Assembly (NCBI GenBank): GCA_017531985.1
Contig: JAFXJY010000019.1
Location: forward strand, 1,009 to 65,008
Length of the DNA: 64,000 nt
Direction of reading: 5' to 3'
Source: Bacteroidaceae bacterium
GTDB taxonomy: Bacteria > Bacteroidota > Bacteroidia > Bacteroidales > Barnesiellaceae_A
The notes beneath the pieces are model-generated. The model was given only the letters and a program-made list of their open reading frames with translations, ran no database searches and was not told the DNA's origin. The position numbers and the translations under genes were made by a program. This document shows positions 47,080-56,169 of the stretch, one piece after another (position 1 is the stretch's first letter; each line of letters begins with the position of its first letter).

Positions 47080-47910
47080 TCACTCCAAAACTATACGCAA
47101 CCCATTATCATCATCGGTATTATATGGATTTAAGTGCATACGATTCGAAGTGCGTGCATACCACTCATAATTGTGCCAATTACCACCTCGAATAACTCGG
47201 TAATCACCCTCCGAGGGGCCTTGAGGCTCGTTTAAAGGAGAGTTATTATAATAATTTTGGTCATACCAATCTTGACACCATTCACTAACATTACCACTCA
47301 TGTCATATATACCCAATTCGTTGGGCGACTTAGTAGCAACCTCACGGAGCCGGACACTGCAATTAGTCCAAATCCATGCAACATCATCTACATTGTTGCT
47401 TCCACTATATTTGTAACCTTCCGACTTTTGTCCTCCGCGAGCAGCATACTCCCATTGAGCCTCGGTAGGAAGCGTAAATTCCACACCCAATAATTCGCTG
47501 AGGCGGCGAAGAAATTCTTGACAATCGTCCCACGAAACATTTTCAACCGGCATATTATCACTATTACTATAATACTTGTAAACAGAGGGATTTTCACCCA
47601 TCACAGCTACCCACAACGCTTGCGTCACTTCTGTTTCGCCTATATAATAGTCATTCAGGAACACCTCATGCACAGGTGCAATATCGGTATTAAGCATATC
47701 ATCATCATTCTGCTCGGGAGTAACGCCCATATCGAACGACCCACCCGAAACATGTATCATATTGAAGGTTACCCCATTGACAGTTACTGATAGATTTTCC
47801 GTATTACCATGTTCTCTTATACCATTAAAATCGGATACTTTTTTTTCACAACTGCTCAATGTTACTACCAACAAAGAAACAACGCACCAAACTTTCCACG
47901 AATTTCTCAT
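47080..47910 (-). CDS. formylglycine-generating-enzyme (SUMF1/FGE-sulfatase) domain lipoprotein
   Basis: The signal peptide ends in LSSCEKK. Motifs present: ..VSWDDCQEFLRRL..LPTEAQWEYAARGG..YRVIRGGNW..; 276 aa. Confidence 0.75.
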   Translation of the reverse strand: MRNSWKVWCVVSLLVVTLSSCEKKVSDFNGIREHGNTENLSVTVNGVTFNMIHVSGGSFDMGVTPEQNDDDMLNTDIAPVHEVFLNDYYIGETEVTQALWVAVMGENPSVYKYYSNSDNMPVENVSWDDCQEFLRRLSELLGVEFTLPTEAQWEYAARGGQKSEGYKYSGSNNVDDVAWIWTNCSVRLREVATKSPNELGIYDMSGNVSEWCQDWYDQNYYNNSPLNEPQGPSEGDYRVIRGGNWHNYEWYARTSNRMHLNPYNTDDDNGLRIVLE

Positions 47911-48005
47911 AAATTATTCTTGTTAAACAGGTTTCGTATATATTAAAAAAAACCAACATTACACCACTGTTGTGATATAATGTTGGCAATTTTATAGATT
48001 GATTA

Positions 48006-50162
48006 TTATTCTTCTTTATCCTCAGCTTCGTATGCTTTGAGCAATCGTTCTTGCACATCGCCGGGAACGAGTTCGTATGAAGCAAACTTCATTGTGAACG
48101 AAGAACGACCACCGGTCAATGAACTGAGAGCTGTTGAGTAAGAAGCCATCTCTTTCAAAGGCACTTTGGCAGAGAGTTTTTCAAATCCCTTTTCACTGGT
48201 CATACCCATGATGATGGCACGACGACCTTGCAAGTCGCTCATTACATCACCCATCTTATCGCTGGGAACGAGTACTTCAACATCATACACAGGCTCCAAA
48301 ATCTTGGGACCGGCAGCCTTGAATGCCTCGCTGAAAGCGTTGCGTGCAGCCAGACGGAACGAGATTTCGTTCGAGTCAACGGGGTGCATCTTACCATCGT
48401 AGATACATACGCGAACGTCGCGAGCATAAGAACCTGTAAGAGGACCTTGCTCCATACGATCCATCAATCCCTTAACAATAGCGGGGATGAAACGTGCATC
48501 GATCGCACCACCCACAATACTGTTGATAACGACGAGCTTACCACCCCATTCGAGGTCGATTACTTGTGTATCACGCACGCTCATGCGATATTCTTGGTTG
48601 CCAAATTTATAAGTATCGGGAGCAGGCATACCTTCGTAGTAGGGTTCAACGATGAGGTGTACCTCACCAAATTGACCGGCACCACCCGATTGTTTTTTGT
48701 GACGATAGTCGGCACGCGAGGCTTTGGTAATTGTTTCGCGATAAGGAATGCGAGGCTCAACAAATTCAATGGGCAACTTATCGTTGTTTTCGATACGCCA
48801 TTTGAGTGTACGCAAGTGGAACTCACCTTGACCCGAAACGATGGTTTGCTTCAATTCCTTCGATTGCACCACTTCCCATGTAGGATCTTCTTCATGCATG
48901 CGAGTCAATATTTCGCTCAATTTCTCGGCATCAGCTTCGTTAACGGGACGGATAGCACGTTGGTACTTGGGAGCAGGATATTGTACGAGGTCATATACAT
49001 ATTCGCATCCTTTCTCATTAAGTGTATTACCGGTGCGTACATCTTTGAGTTTAACGCTTGCACCTATATCACCTGCCACAAGTTGTTCGACCTTGGTGCG
49101 TATTTGACCGCTTACACAGAAGAGTTGAGCCATACGCTCGCGACTGCCGCGGTTCATATTTAACAAATCATCGCCTTCACGGAGTGTACCCGACATTACC
49201 TTGAAGTAGTAAACTTCACCGATGTGAGGCTCTACTGTTGTCTTGAATACATAGAGGCTGACAGGACCATTAGCATCGGGAGCAACTTCCTCGGCAGCTG
49301 TTGTAATGGGCAGAGGCATATCATCGACAAAAGGAACTACATTGCCTAAGAATTCCATCATACGACGCACACCCATGTCGCGTAAGGCACTTACACAGAA
49401 TACGGGGAAAATGCTGCGTGTAACAAGTCCCTTGCGGATACCTTCACGCATCTCATCCTCAGTAAGCGAACCTTGCTCAAAGAATTTCTCCATCAGTGTT
49501 TCATCATTCTCGGCAGCAGCTTCAACAAGAGCTTGATTCAACTCCAATGCTCGTGGCATCTCGCTCTCGGGTATGTCGCTAATGGTGGGAACTCCACCGT
49601 CGGGACCCCAGCTATACATCTTCATGAGCAAGACATCGATCATGGCATTGAACGAAGCACCACATGAGATGGGATATTGCACTTGCACAACTTTATTGCC
49701 AAAGGCTTCACGCAATTGTTCGAGCGAGTTGTCATAGTCGGCTTTTTCGCCATCAAGTTGGTTCATGGCAAAAAGTATAGGCTTATGCAACTTCTCGGCA
49801 GTGCGGAAGATATTCTGTGTACCTACTTCCACTCCGTATTGTGAATCGATAACGATAACACCTGTATCGGTAATACTCAATGCTGTGATAGCACCACCTA
49901 CAAAGTCGTCGGCTCCCGGACAATCTATTACATTGAGTTTTTTATTGAGAAATTCGGCATAAAAAACAGTAGGGAAAACCGAGTATCCATACTCCTTCTC
50001 TACCGGGAAATAGTCGGTAACAGTATTACCACTCTCAATGTTACCACGACGTTTTATCACACCACACTCGTAAAGCATTGCTTCAGCGAGCGTGGTTTTA
50101 CCGGCTCCTTTACTTCCCAAAAGGGCGATGTTTTTAATTTCATGCGAATTGTAGACCTTCAT
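48006..50162 (-). CDS. elongation factor G paralogue (EF-G2-like GTPase)
   Basis: G1 GSKGAGKTT, G3 DCPGADDF, G4 NQLD, and the full five-domain length (718 aa). The G1 differs from canonical AHIDAGKTT. Confidence 0.8.
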   Translation of the reverse strand: MKVYNSHEIKNIALLGSKGAGKTTLAEAMLYECGVIKRRGNIESGNTVTDYFPVEKEYGYSVFPTVFYAEFLNKKLNVIDCPGADDFVGGAITALSITDTGVIVIDSQYGVEVGTQNIFRTAEKLHKPILFAMNQLDGEKADYDNSLEQLREAFGNKVVQVQYPISCGASFNAMIDVLLMKMYSWGPDGGVPTISDIPESEMPRALELNQALVEAAAENDETLMEKFFEQGSLTEDEMREGIRKGLVTRSIFPVFCVSALRDMGVRRMMEFLGNVVPFVDDMPLPITTAAEEVAPDANGPVSLYVFKTTVEPHIGEVYYFKVMSGTLREGDDLLNMNRGSRERMAQLFCVSGQIRTKVEQLVAGDIGASVKLKDVRTGNTLNEKGCEYVYDLVQYPAPKYQRAIRPVNEADAEKLSEILTRMHEEDPTWEVVQSKELKQTIVSGQGEFHLRTLKWRIENNDKLPIEFVEPRIPYRETITKASRADYRHKKQSGGAGQFGEVHLIVEPYYEGMPAPDTYKFGNQEYRMSVRDTQVIDLEWGGKLVVINSIVGGAIDARFIPAIVKGLMDRMEQGPLTGSYARDVRVCIYDGKMHPVDSNEISFRLAARNAFSEAFKAAGPKILEPVYDVEVLVPSDKMGDVMSDLQGRRAIIMGMTSEKGFEKLSAKVPLKEMASYSTALSSLTGGRSSFTMKFASYELVPGDVQERLLKAYEAEDKEE

Positions 50163-50590
50163 AATATTGTTTTTTAAGGTTAATAAGTTTTATCATTTAA
50201 CATCTTTATGCTTGTTTTGCAAAAAGCGGACGCAAATTAGGAATATTATTTGAGAACTACAAGTTTCATTTATATGTTAAATAACATGTTTTTGCGTCCA
50301 TTTGTTATTTACCGACATACTCACGCTATCAAATTTAATCACAAGTTGCTGTTATCAAACGCAATACACCGATACGATATACTACTATGGTTCATTTTTA
50401 AAATTATAGAGATGTTATATAAATACAGGGAACTTGTATCAATTGCTTTATTATGATTGGCGTTTTTTTTCATAGAGCAGATTGGGGATTATGATAGAAT
50501 GAGCATTGCCGGCTATGTGATTGATGTATAAGCCCCAAGATAGCAAGAAGAACATTAAACGAAAAGAATGTTTCAGTTGACCCATAAGCG

Positions 50591-50618
50591 ATTATCTGTG
50601 GAATTTATAGAAATTCCC
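50591..50618 (-). repeat. copy d of the ~30-nt intergenic motif (reverse orientation)
   Basis: The plus strand reads attatctgtggaatttatagaaattccc. It contains the perfect palindrome GGAATTT-atag-AAATTCC. Confidence 0.6.
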
Positions 50619-50988
50619 TTTAACTTCTAACGTTCAAAACATCTCTTAGACGGTGGTAATAACACATTATTTAATTAGTATTACTCTACATTATTTATCG
50701 ATAATATGCAATGAGTAATTACGTCATACACTTGAAGTAAATAGCTGTGGTCGATGTATCGATATTTACATAAATTCGCTAACTTTGCAGCGAGAATGAA
50801 TACAAGTAGGTTCTATCAATTAGGTCGAATTGATTATGATGCTTATTGTTTGGAGATTTCTCATTTCTCATCAAAGCACATGTAACTGAATGAAAATTAG
50901 AAATAAACTACAATAAATTCAAAAGCGACCGAAATATAGCCTGCCGACAACGAAAAACTTATTTACTAATTTATAGAACAGACCTATA

Positions 50989-51819
50989 ATGTGTATGAAA
51001 CATAATACGGCAAAACAATATTGTACGCTGATAGCACTTGTAGCACTATTCTATTTACTGTTGATGGTTGCTATTGCTATTTTCACAATGAAAGGTGTAG
51101 AACAGTGGCGTATGCTCATGGCCACGAGTGCCTTACAGAATATAGGTATCTTCATTATACCGGCTGTTATCACAGCTCGCATTTTCAATCCCGGCAGTAC
51201 GATGCAGGTTATGGGAATCAATCGCTTACCCGGCATTGTACCGACACTGCTGGTATTGCTTATCTACATTACTTCTATACCGATGCTCAATGGCATTGTG
51301 ACATGGAATGAAAATTGGCCACTACCCGAGTGGTTGTCGTGGATGCGTGAGCTTGAAGAACAGATGGCGGCAACAACCGAGCAGATGCTGGCTCTTACAT
51401 CGGTAACTCGACTAATTGTTGCCATACTGTTGGTAGGTGTTCTCACCGGTATCGGCGAGGAGTTTATCTTTCGCGGCACTGTGCAACGGCTTATGAGCGA
51501 ACGCAACATCAATATTCATGTGGCGGTGTGGGTTACGGCGGCTATATTCAGTGCAATACATTTTCAACCGCTGGGATTTGTACCACGCTTGTTACTGGGT
51601 GCCTACTTTGGTTATTTATTAGCATGGAGTCGATGCTTGTGGTTACCCATCTTGGCTCATGCTCTGAACAACAGTGTTGCGGTAGTTGCCTATTACACCC
51701 CATCTATCGAGTCAATGCCTTGGATAGGCGAAAGTGTTACAACCGCCTCGTTTGCAATAAGCACAACTCTGACTATTGCACTGTTATATCTGTTCTACCG
51801 ATTATATCACCATAATTAA
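50989..51819 (+). CDS. CPBP family intramembrane glutamic endopeptidase (CAAX/Abi-like)
   Basis: GIGEEFIFRG (EExxxR), FSAIHF and HALNN motifs in a polytopic 276-aa protein. An alternative start is at 50995. Confidence 0.8.
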   Translation: MCMKHNTAKQYCTLIALVALFYLLLMVAIAIFTMKGVEQWRMLMATSALQNIGIFIIPAVITARIFNPGSTMQVMGINRLPGIVPTLLVLLIYITSIPMLNGIVTWNENWPLPEWLSWMRELEEQMAATTEQMLALTSVTRLIVAILLVGVLTGIGEEFIFRGTVQRLMSERNINIHVAVWVTAAIFSAIHFQPLGFVPRLLLGAYFGYLLAWSRCLWLPILAHALNNSVAVVAYYTPSIESMPWIGESVTTASFAISTTLTIALLYLFYRLYHHN

Positions 51820-51837
51820 ATTTTCCACAAAACCTAA

Positions 51838-51868
51838 CGAGGCTGTTGTACGATGTACAACAGCCTCG
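51838..51868. terminator. 14-bp perfect hairpin between convergent genes
   Basis: CGAGGCTGTTGTAC-gat-GTACAACAGCCTCG. The U-tracts are weak. Confidence 0.55.
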
Positions 51869-51899
51869 CTCGTGTAAGTGATGTATGCAAAAGTATTGA

Positions 51900-52226
51900 T
51901 TACTTGTCAAGTAGGTCGTTCCATGAGCGATTTTTCTCACCGCTGAGACGCATGGCTTTGGACTCGTCTTTGTCGACTCCTATACCATTGTTGTAGCAAT
52001 ATATAAGACCATCCATCACGCGATCGTAGTGGTCGCATGTTGTAGAGACAGATACTCCGTTGTAATAGATTGTATTATATATTTCAAATGCACGTTCGGC
52101 ATCTTGATTGAAGTGGTGTCCCATGAGGAGACAATCGGCAAGATCAAGTTGAGCCTCACGGTCGCCCTTAGCTGCACGAGCTTCGAGTTGCGACAATTCT
52201 TCGAGTGTTAATCCATGTATTCTCAT
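51900..52226 (-). CDS. small Sel1-like repeat (TPR-type) protein
   Basis: The 108-aa product has ..GDREAQLDLADCLLMGHHFNQDAERAFEIY.. and ..YCYNNGIGVDKDESKAMRL.., which resemble Sel1 repeats. Confidence 0.5.
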   Translation of the reverse strand: MRIHGLTLEELSQLEARAAKGDREAQLDLADCLLMGHHFNQDAERAFEIYNTIYYNGVSVSTTCDHYDRVMDGLIYCYNNGIGVDKDESKAMRLSGEKNRSWNDLLDK

Positions 52227-52268
52227 AAGTATTGTATATTAAAGGTTATTCAATAGGTTATTATTAGT

Positions 52269-52297
52269 GGGGAGCAGTATAAATTTCACAGATTATT
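52269..52297 (+). repeat. copy e of the ~30-nt intergenic motif
   Basis: Sequence is ggggagcagtataaatttcacagattatt, about 43 nt upstream of the Sel1-like gene start on the opposite strand. Confidence 0.5.
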
Positions 52298-52544
52298 CAT
52301 TTGTTAAGGGAAATATTCTTTTTGTTTGCTTGATGTTTTTTCTTTGCATATTTCAGCCTTGATATCAATCACTTAGCCGGCTATGCACATTCAGTCAAAG
52401 TCTAACATCTACTCTAAGAAAAAATTATCAATCATAACAAAACAATTTATAAAGCACCCTATTGATATTCAGTGGGCAAATATAAATAATTTATTTGAAA
52501 TTAACAACGATATATCAGATATGTTCATCTTCTCAAAAATTCTC

Positions 52545-53300
52545 TTATCCTTTTGACAAGATATCTTCCAAGTCCTTAGCCGACAGAGCCAACTGAAATT
52601 TTCCGTTGTGGGCTACCGAAATTTTACCGGTTTCTTCACTAACGATTACTGCTATGGCATCGGTCTCTTGACTGATACCTAATGCAGAACGGTGACGCAA
52701 TCCCAAAGACTTGGGTATATCGGTGTTGTGCGAGACCGGTAAGATACAAGATGCTGCCTTGATGCGATTGTCGGATATTATCATAGCCCCATCATGAAGT
52801 GGGCTGTTCTTGAAGAAGATATTCTCGATGAGTCGTGTATTGACATCGGCATTGATACACTCGCCCGTCAGTTCATACTTGTCGAGAGGGGTGTTTTGTT
52901 CTACAACAATCAATGCACCTGTCTTGGTCTTAGCCATGCTCATGCAGGCATACACAATGGGCATTACATAGGGTTTGACTTGCTCTTTATCGTTCTTGTG
53001 AAAGGCACTGAGCAAAAATTTCCAGCGATTGCGTGAGCCTAATTCTATTAAGAAACGACGTATTTCCTCTTGGAATAATATGACTACTATCAAGATACCG
53101 ATATTCATGAATGTGTCCATAATGGAGCCTATCAATCGCATATCGAGAATGAGCCTGAATATGACCCATACGACAAGGAATGCTATCAGTCCGCTGAATA
53201 TTTTGATAGCACCTGACTCTTTCATCATTTTGTAGACGTAGTAAAGCAGCGAAGCTACCAAGAGAATGTCTATTGCATCTTTTATACCGAATTCTATCAT
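52545..53300 (-). CDS. cdaA: diadenylate cyclase CdaA (c-di-AMP synthase)
   Basis: Three N-terminal TM helices are followed by a DAC domain with HDGAMII and GLRHRSALG; 251 aa. Confidence 0.85.
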   Translation of the reverse strand: MIEFGIKDAIDILLVASLLYYVYKMMKESGAIKIFSGLIAFLVVWVIFRLILDMRLIGSIMDTFMNIGILIVVILFQEEIRRFLIELGSRNRWKFLLSAFHKNDKEQVKPYVMPIVYACMSMAKTKTGALIVVEQNTPLDKYELTGECINADVNTRLIENIFFKNSPLHDGAMIISDNRIKAASCILPVSHNTDIPKSLGLRHRSALGISQETDAIAVIVSEETGKISVAHNGKFQLALSAKDLEDILSKG

Positions 53301-53307
53301 ATCTTAA

Positions 53308-54177
53308 TTAATGTGTGCATTGGAGTGTTTTAGTAACAAGTTTTACCGCTTCGACGGCCTGTCGTACATCGTGTACACGCAATATATTGGCACCACCCAA
53401 GAGTGCCATTACATTGAGAACTGTTGTTCCGTTAAGGCTCTCGGCCGGTGTAATATCAAGCAACTTGTATATCATTGACTTGCGTGATATACCCACCAAT
53501 AGTGGCAGCCCTATGTGTGTAAATTCATCGAGGTGCTGCATGAGCCGATAGTTGTCATCGAGGGACTTACTAAATCCCAATCCGGGGTCTAAAATTATAT
53601 CATTTACACCCATGCTTACAAGGTGGGCAATCTTGACTGAGAAGTATTGCAATACATCGGCTACAACATCGTTGTAATGCAGATACCTGTCATGCATCAT
53701 CGTTTCAGGAGTCCCTCGCATGTGCATCATGATGTAGGGGACTTGCAGCCGTGCCACAGTAGCAAACATGTTGTCATCCATTTCACCTCCCGATATATCA
53801 TTGATAATGTGTACGCCCCACTCTTCGACACTCCATCGTGCCACCTCGGCACGAAACGTATCGACCGACACAATGGTATCGGGGGCTTGACGATGAATCG
53901 CCTCAAAGGCAATGGCGAGCCGGCGTTTTTCTTCATCGACACTTACATCGGCACAGCCGGGACGCGAAGAATAGCCTCCAACGTCTATTATATCGGCACC
54001 TTCTTCAAGCAGTGTTGTAACACGCTGCGAAACGGTGTGGGCATCGGGACAGCGACTGCCATCGTAGAACGAGTCGGGGGTAACGTTGAGTATCCCCATA
54101 ACTTGCGGGCGATCGAGCGACAACAATCGACCACCTACATTGAGTGAAAGTTTTCTATTGATATTATCGACAAGCAT
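53308..54177 (-). CDS. folP: dihydropteroate synthase
   Basis: GILNVTPDSFYDG.., ..IIDVGGYSSRPG.., ..ILRVHDV..; 289 aa. Confidence 0.9.
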   Translation of the reverse strand: MLVDNINRKLSLNVGGRLLSLDRPQVMGILNVTPDSFYDGSRCPDAHTVSQRVTTLLEEGADIIDVGGYSSRPGCADVSVDEEKRRLAIAFEAIHRQAPDTIVSVDTFRAEVARWSVEEWGVHIINDISGGEMDDNMFATVARLQVPYIMMHMRGTPETMMHDRYLHYNDVVADVLQYFSVKIAHLVSMGVNDIILDPGLGFSKSLDDNYRLMQHLDEFTHIGLPLLVGISRKSMIYKLLDITPAESLNGTTVLNVMALLGGANILRVHDVRQAVEAVKLVTKTLQCTH

Positions 54178-54345
54178 ATTGACTGCAATAATTACATGTA
54201 GCGAAGTTACAACATTTCCGTGAAAGTAGGAATATAAAATGTGATAAAAAGATTATTTTTCTTCTTTTTGTATCCGTTAGTATCGGTTTTCGATATCGAT
54301 TTGGGTTATATTTCCACGACCTTCTCTTTGCAGATAGTTGTACCA

Positions 54346-54744
54346 CTATTTTACACGTTGTACTTCTTCGATGCGACGAGGAGGATTTTTGACCTTTACA
54401 TTTCGGTTTTGCATATTTGGGGCATCATTATTCGACATGACAGAGTCGGGTCGTGCATGAGTGCGACGCACATAGGTCGGTCGTCGACGGTCGACGGGTA
54501 TGGTATCGATGAGTGAACGAAAGTTTTCAATTTCTTGTTCTAAGACGGAATAATCGGTTGTCTGTTTCTCGACATGTCGGCGATAGCTCCATGCTATCGC
54601 TTGCACGCCACACAACAATACTACCACACACAAGAGAACCACAACGGCACGACGTTGCCCACGAGGCATGTTTATCCAACTATCTATCCATTTGTTATGC
54701 ATTATCGGCATTTTTTTCTTGGTCATCGCACCATAACGAGCCAT
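54346..54744 (-). CDS. hypothetical single-pass membrane protein (basic C-terminus)
   Basis: It has one clear TM helix (AVVVLLCVVVLLCGVQAIAW) and no recognised motif. The start is uncertain (54744 or 54786). Confidence 0.4.
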   Translation of the reverse strand: MARYGAMTKKKMPIMHNKWIDSWINMPRGQRRAVVVLLCVVVLLCGVQAIAWSYRRHVEKQTTDYSVLEQEIENFRSLIDTIPVDRRRPTYVRRTHARPDSVMSNNDAPNMQNRNVKVKNPPRRIEEVQRVK

Positions 54745-54823
54745 ATTTCTGGCAAATTTAATACATTTGCAAACATGTATATACACAATAGAGATAAATT
54801 TTTAAAATCTAACCACTGTTACT

Positions 54824-55237
54824 ATGCGACATATCCTTCGACACCTACCGCCATACATATGCACCTTTATTATTCTCATTGCTGTGTGTTATTTGTCGCT
54901 TGCCCCCGAACCGATGCCCGAGCAAGACAAATTCTTTGATTTTCCGGGGAGCGACAAGGTGGCACATTTGGTGATGTATGCCTCGCTGACAGCGGCATTC
55001 TGTTTCGACTATTATCGTCGCAATTCACGGCACAATAATGAGCCATTTATTTTCACAATAGCCATCGTTGTTTCCATCATCATAGGCGGAATAATAGAGG
55101 TACTGCAACATATCCTGCCGTTAGAACGCTCGGGCGAGATATTAGACCTCGTAGCCGATGCCGCAGGTGCTTGCTTGGGAGTAATCATTGGCATCCGTCT
55201 CTTTGCCGGGCTGCAACATGATAAAAAGGAAGATTGA
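54824..55237 (+). CDS. VanZ family membrane protein
   Basis: The 137-aa product has four hydrophobic helices, DKVAHLVMY and ..DLVADAAGA.., typical of VanZ-like proteins. Confidence 0.65.
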   Translation: MRHILRHLPPYICTFIILIAVCYLSLAPEPMPEQDKFFDFPGSDKVAHLVMYASLTAAFCFDYYRRNSRHNNEPFIFTIAIVVSIIIGGIIEVLQHILPLERSGEILDLVADAAGACLGVIIGIRLFAGLQHDKKED

Positions 55238-55384
55238 GACATCTCCAATCGCTGCCCTGCCTATTTTAATGATGATCTACAAATTGTAAAAGTCAAACAT
55301 TACCGAGATATTCTATTACGTTCGCAGCCGAACTTGTCGGTCATCCTTTTATTTTTCAATGGGTTGTTTCTTTGTAAGAAATAA

Positions 55385-55414
55385 GGTAACTTCTATAAAT
55401 TCCACAGAATAATC
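55385..55414 (+). repeat. copy c of the ~30-nt intergenic motif
   Basis: Sequence is ggtaacttctataaattccacagaataatc, in the VanZ-ruvA spacer. No gene lies downstream in its minus-strand direction. Confidence 0.6.
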
Positions 55415-55497
55415 ATTGATTCACGATGGAGAGAGATTCTTTTAGTGTAAATATACTCTTGACCGGTATAAAACTACCATAAAAAGAAATTTTTATG

Positions 55498-55505
55498 TAT
55501 GTTTG
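55498..55505 (+). promoter_or_regulatory. Bacteroides-type -7 box for ruvA/sprA
   Basis: TATGTTTG lies 39 nt upstream of the ATG at 55544. Confidence 0.45.
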
Positions 55506-55543
55506 CATTATAATTATCACACTAACCATAATTAGAACCAATC

Positions 55544-56128
55544 ATGATAGAGTATATAAGCGGTGAGGTTGTAGAGTTAACCCCCACAAGTGCAGTAATA
55601 GAGACAACCGGAGGTGTAGGTTATTTCTTGAATATCACCCTTTACACCTACACAGGAATGAAACAAGGGGAACGCACTCGACTGTGGGTACACGAGGCAA
55701 TACGCGAGGATGCTTATGTGTTGTATGGTTTCAGAGGACGCAAAGAGCGAGAGTTATTTCAACTACTCATTTCGGTATCGGGAGTGGGACCCAATACAGC
55801 ACGCATGATACTATCGGGATTATCGCCCGAAGAGTTTGAGCAAGTAATCGCCACCGAAAATGTAGGATTGCTAAAATCGGTGAAAGGAATAGGAGCCAAA
55901 ACGGCACAAAGAATAATTGTTGACCTCAAAGATAAAATAAAAGCAGTAGGTTCTCCGTTAGTAAATAGTATGCCACAAGTATCGGAAACTTATGAGGAGG
56001 CGATGGCCGCCCTTTCGATGCTGGGATTTGCACCACAAGCTTCACAGAAAGTTGTACAGAAGTTGATGAAAGATGCTCCCGGCATACGGGTCGAAGAGGT
56101 GATAAAACAAGCATTAAAAATGCTGTAA
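55544..56128 (+). CDS. ruvA: Holliday junction branch migration protein RuvA
   Basis: [31 protein letters not shown].. and an HhH region [23 protein letters not shown]; 194 aa. Confidence 0.9.
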   Translation: MIEYISGEVVELTPTSAVIETTGGVGYFLNITLYTYTGMKQGERTRLWVHEAIREDAYVLYGFRGRKERELFQLLISVSGVGPNTARMILSGLSPEEFEQVIATENVGLLKSVKGIGAKTAQRIIVDLKDKIKAVGSPLVNSMPQVSETYEEAMAALSMLGFAPQASQKVVQKLMKDAPGIRVEEVIKQALKML

Positions 56129-56169
56129 ATACTCATCGACCATGTATTGAACATGGTGAACGCATATAG

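Noticed and set aside
50250-50456. A 68-aa ORF in the EF-G2/CPBP spacer, plus similar small ORFs in A+T-rich spacers (46871-47170, 10058-10374, 16175-16447, 54164-54516).
   Set aside because: Their composition (I/L/F/Y/N/K-rich) simply mirrors A+T-rich DNA. They have no promoter or start context and no recognisable motif.
50428-50618. An inverted pair of the 30-nt motif, considered as an invertible-promoter (phase-variation) switch.
   Set aside because: The two arms match only over ~18 nt with 4 mismatches. The enclosed 130 bp contains no TAnnTTTG box on either strand. No serine or tyrosine recombinase gene is nearby. I kept it only as a low-priority check inside the spacer finding.
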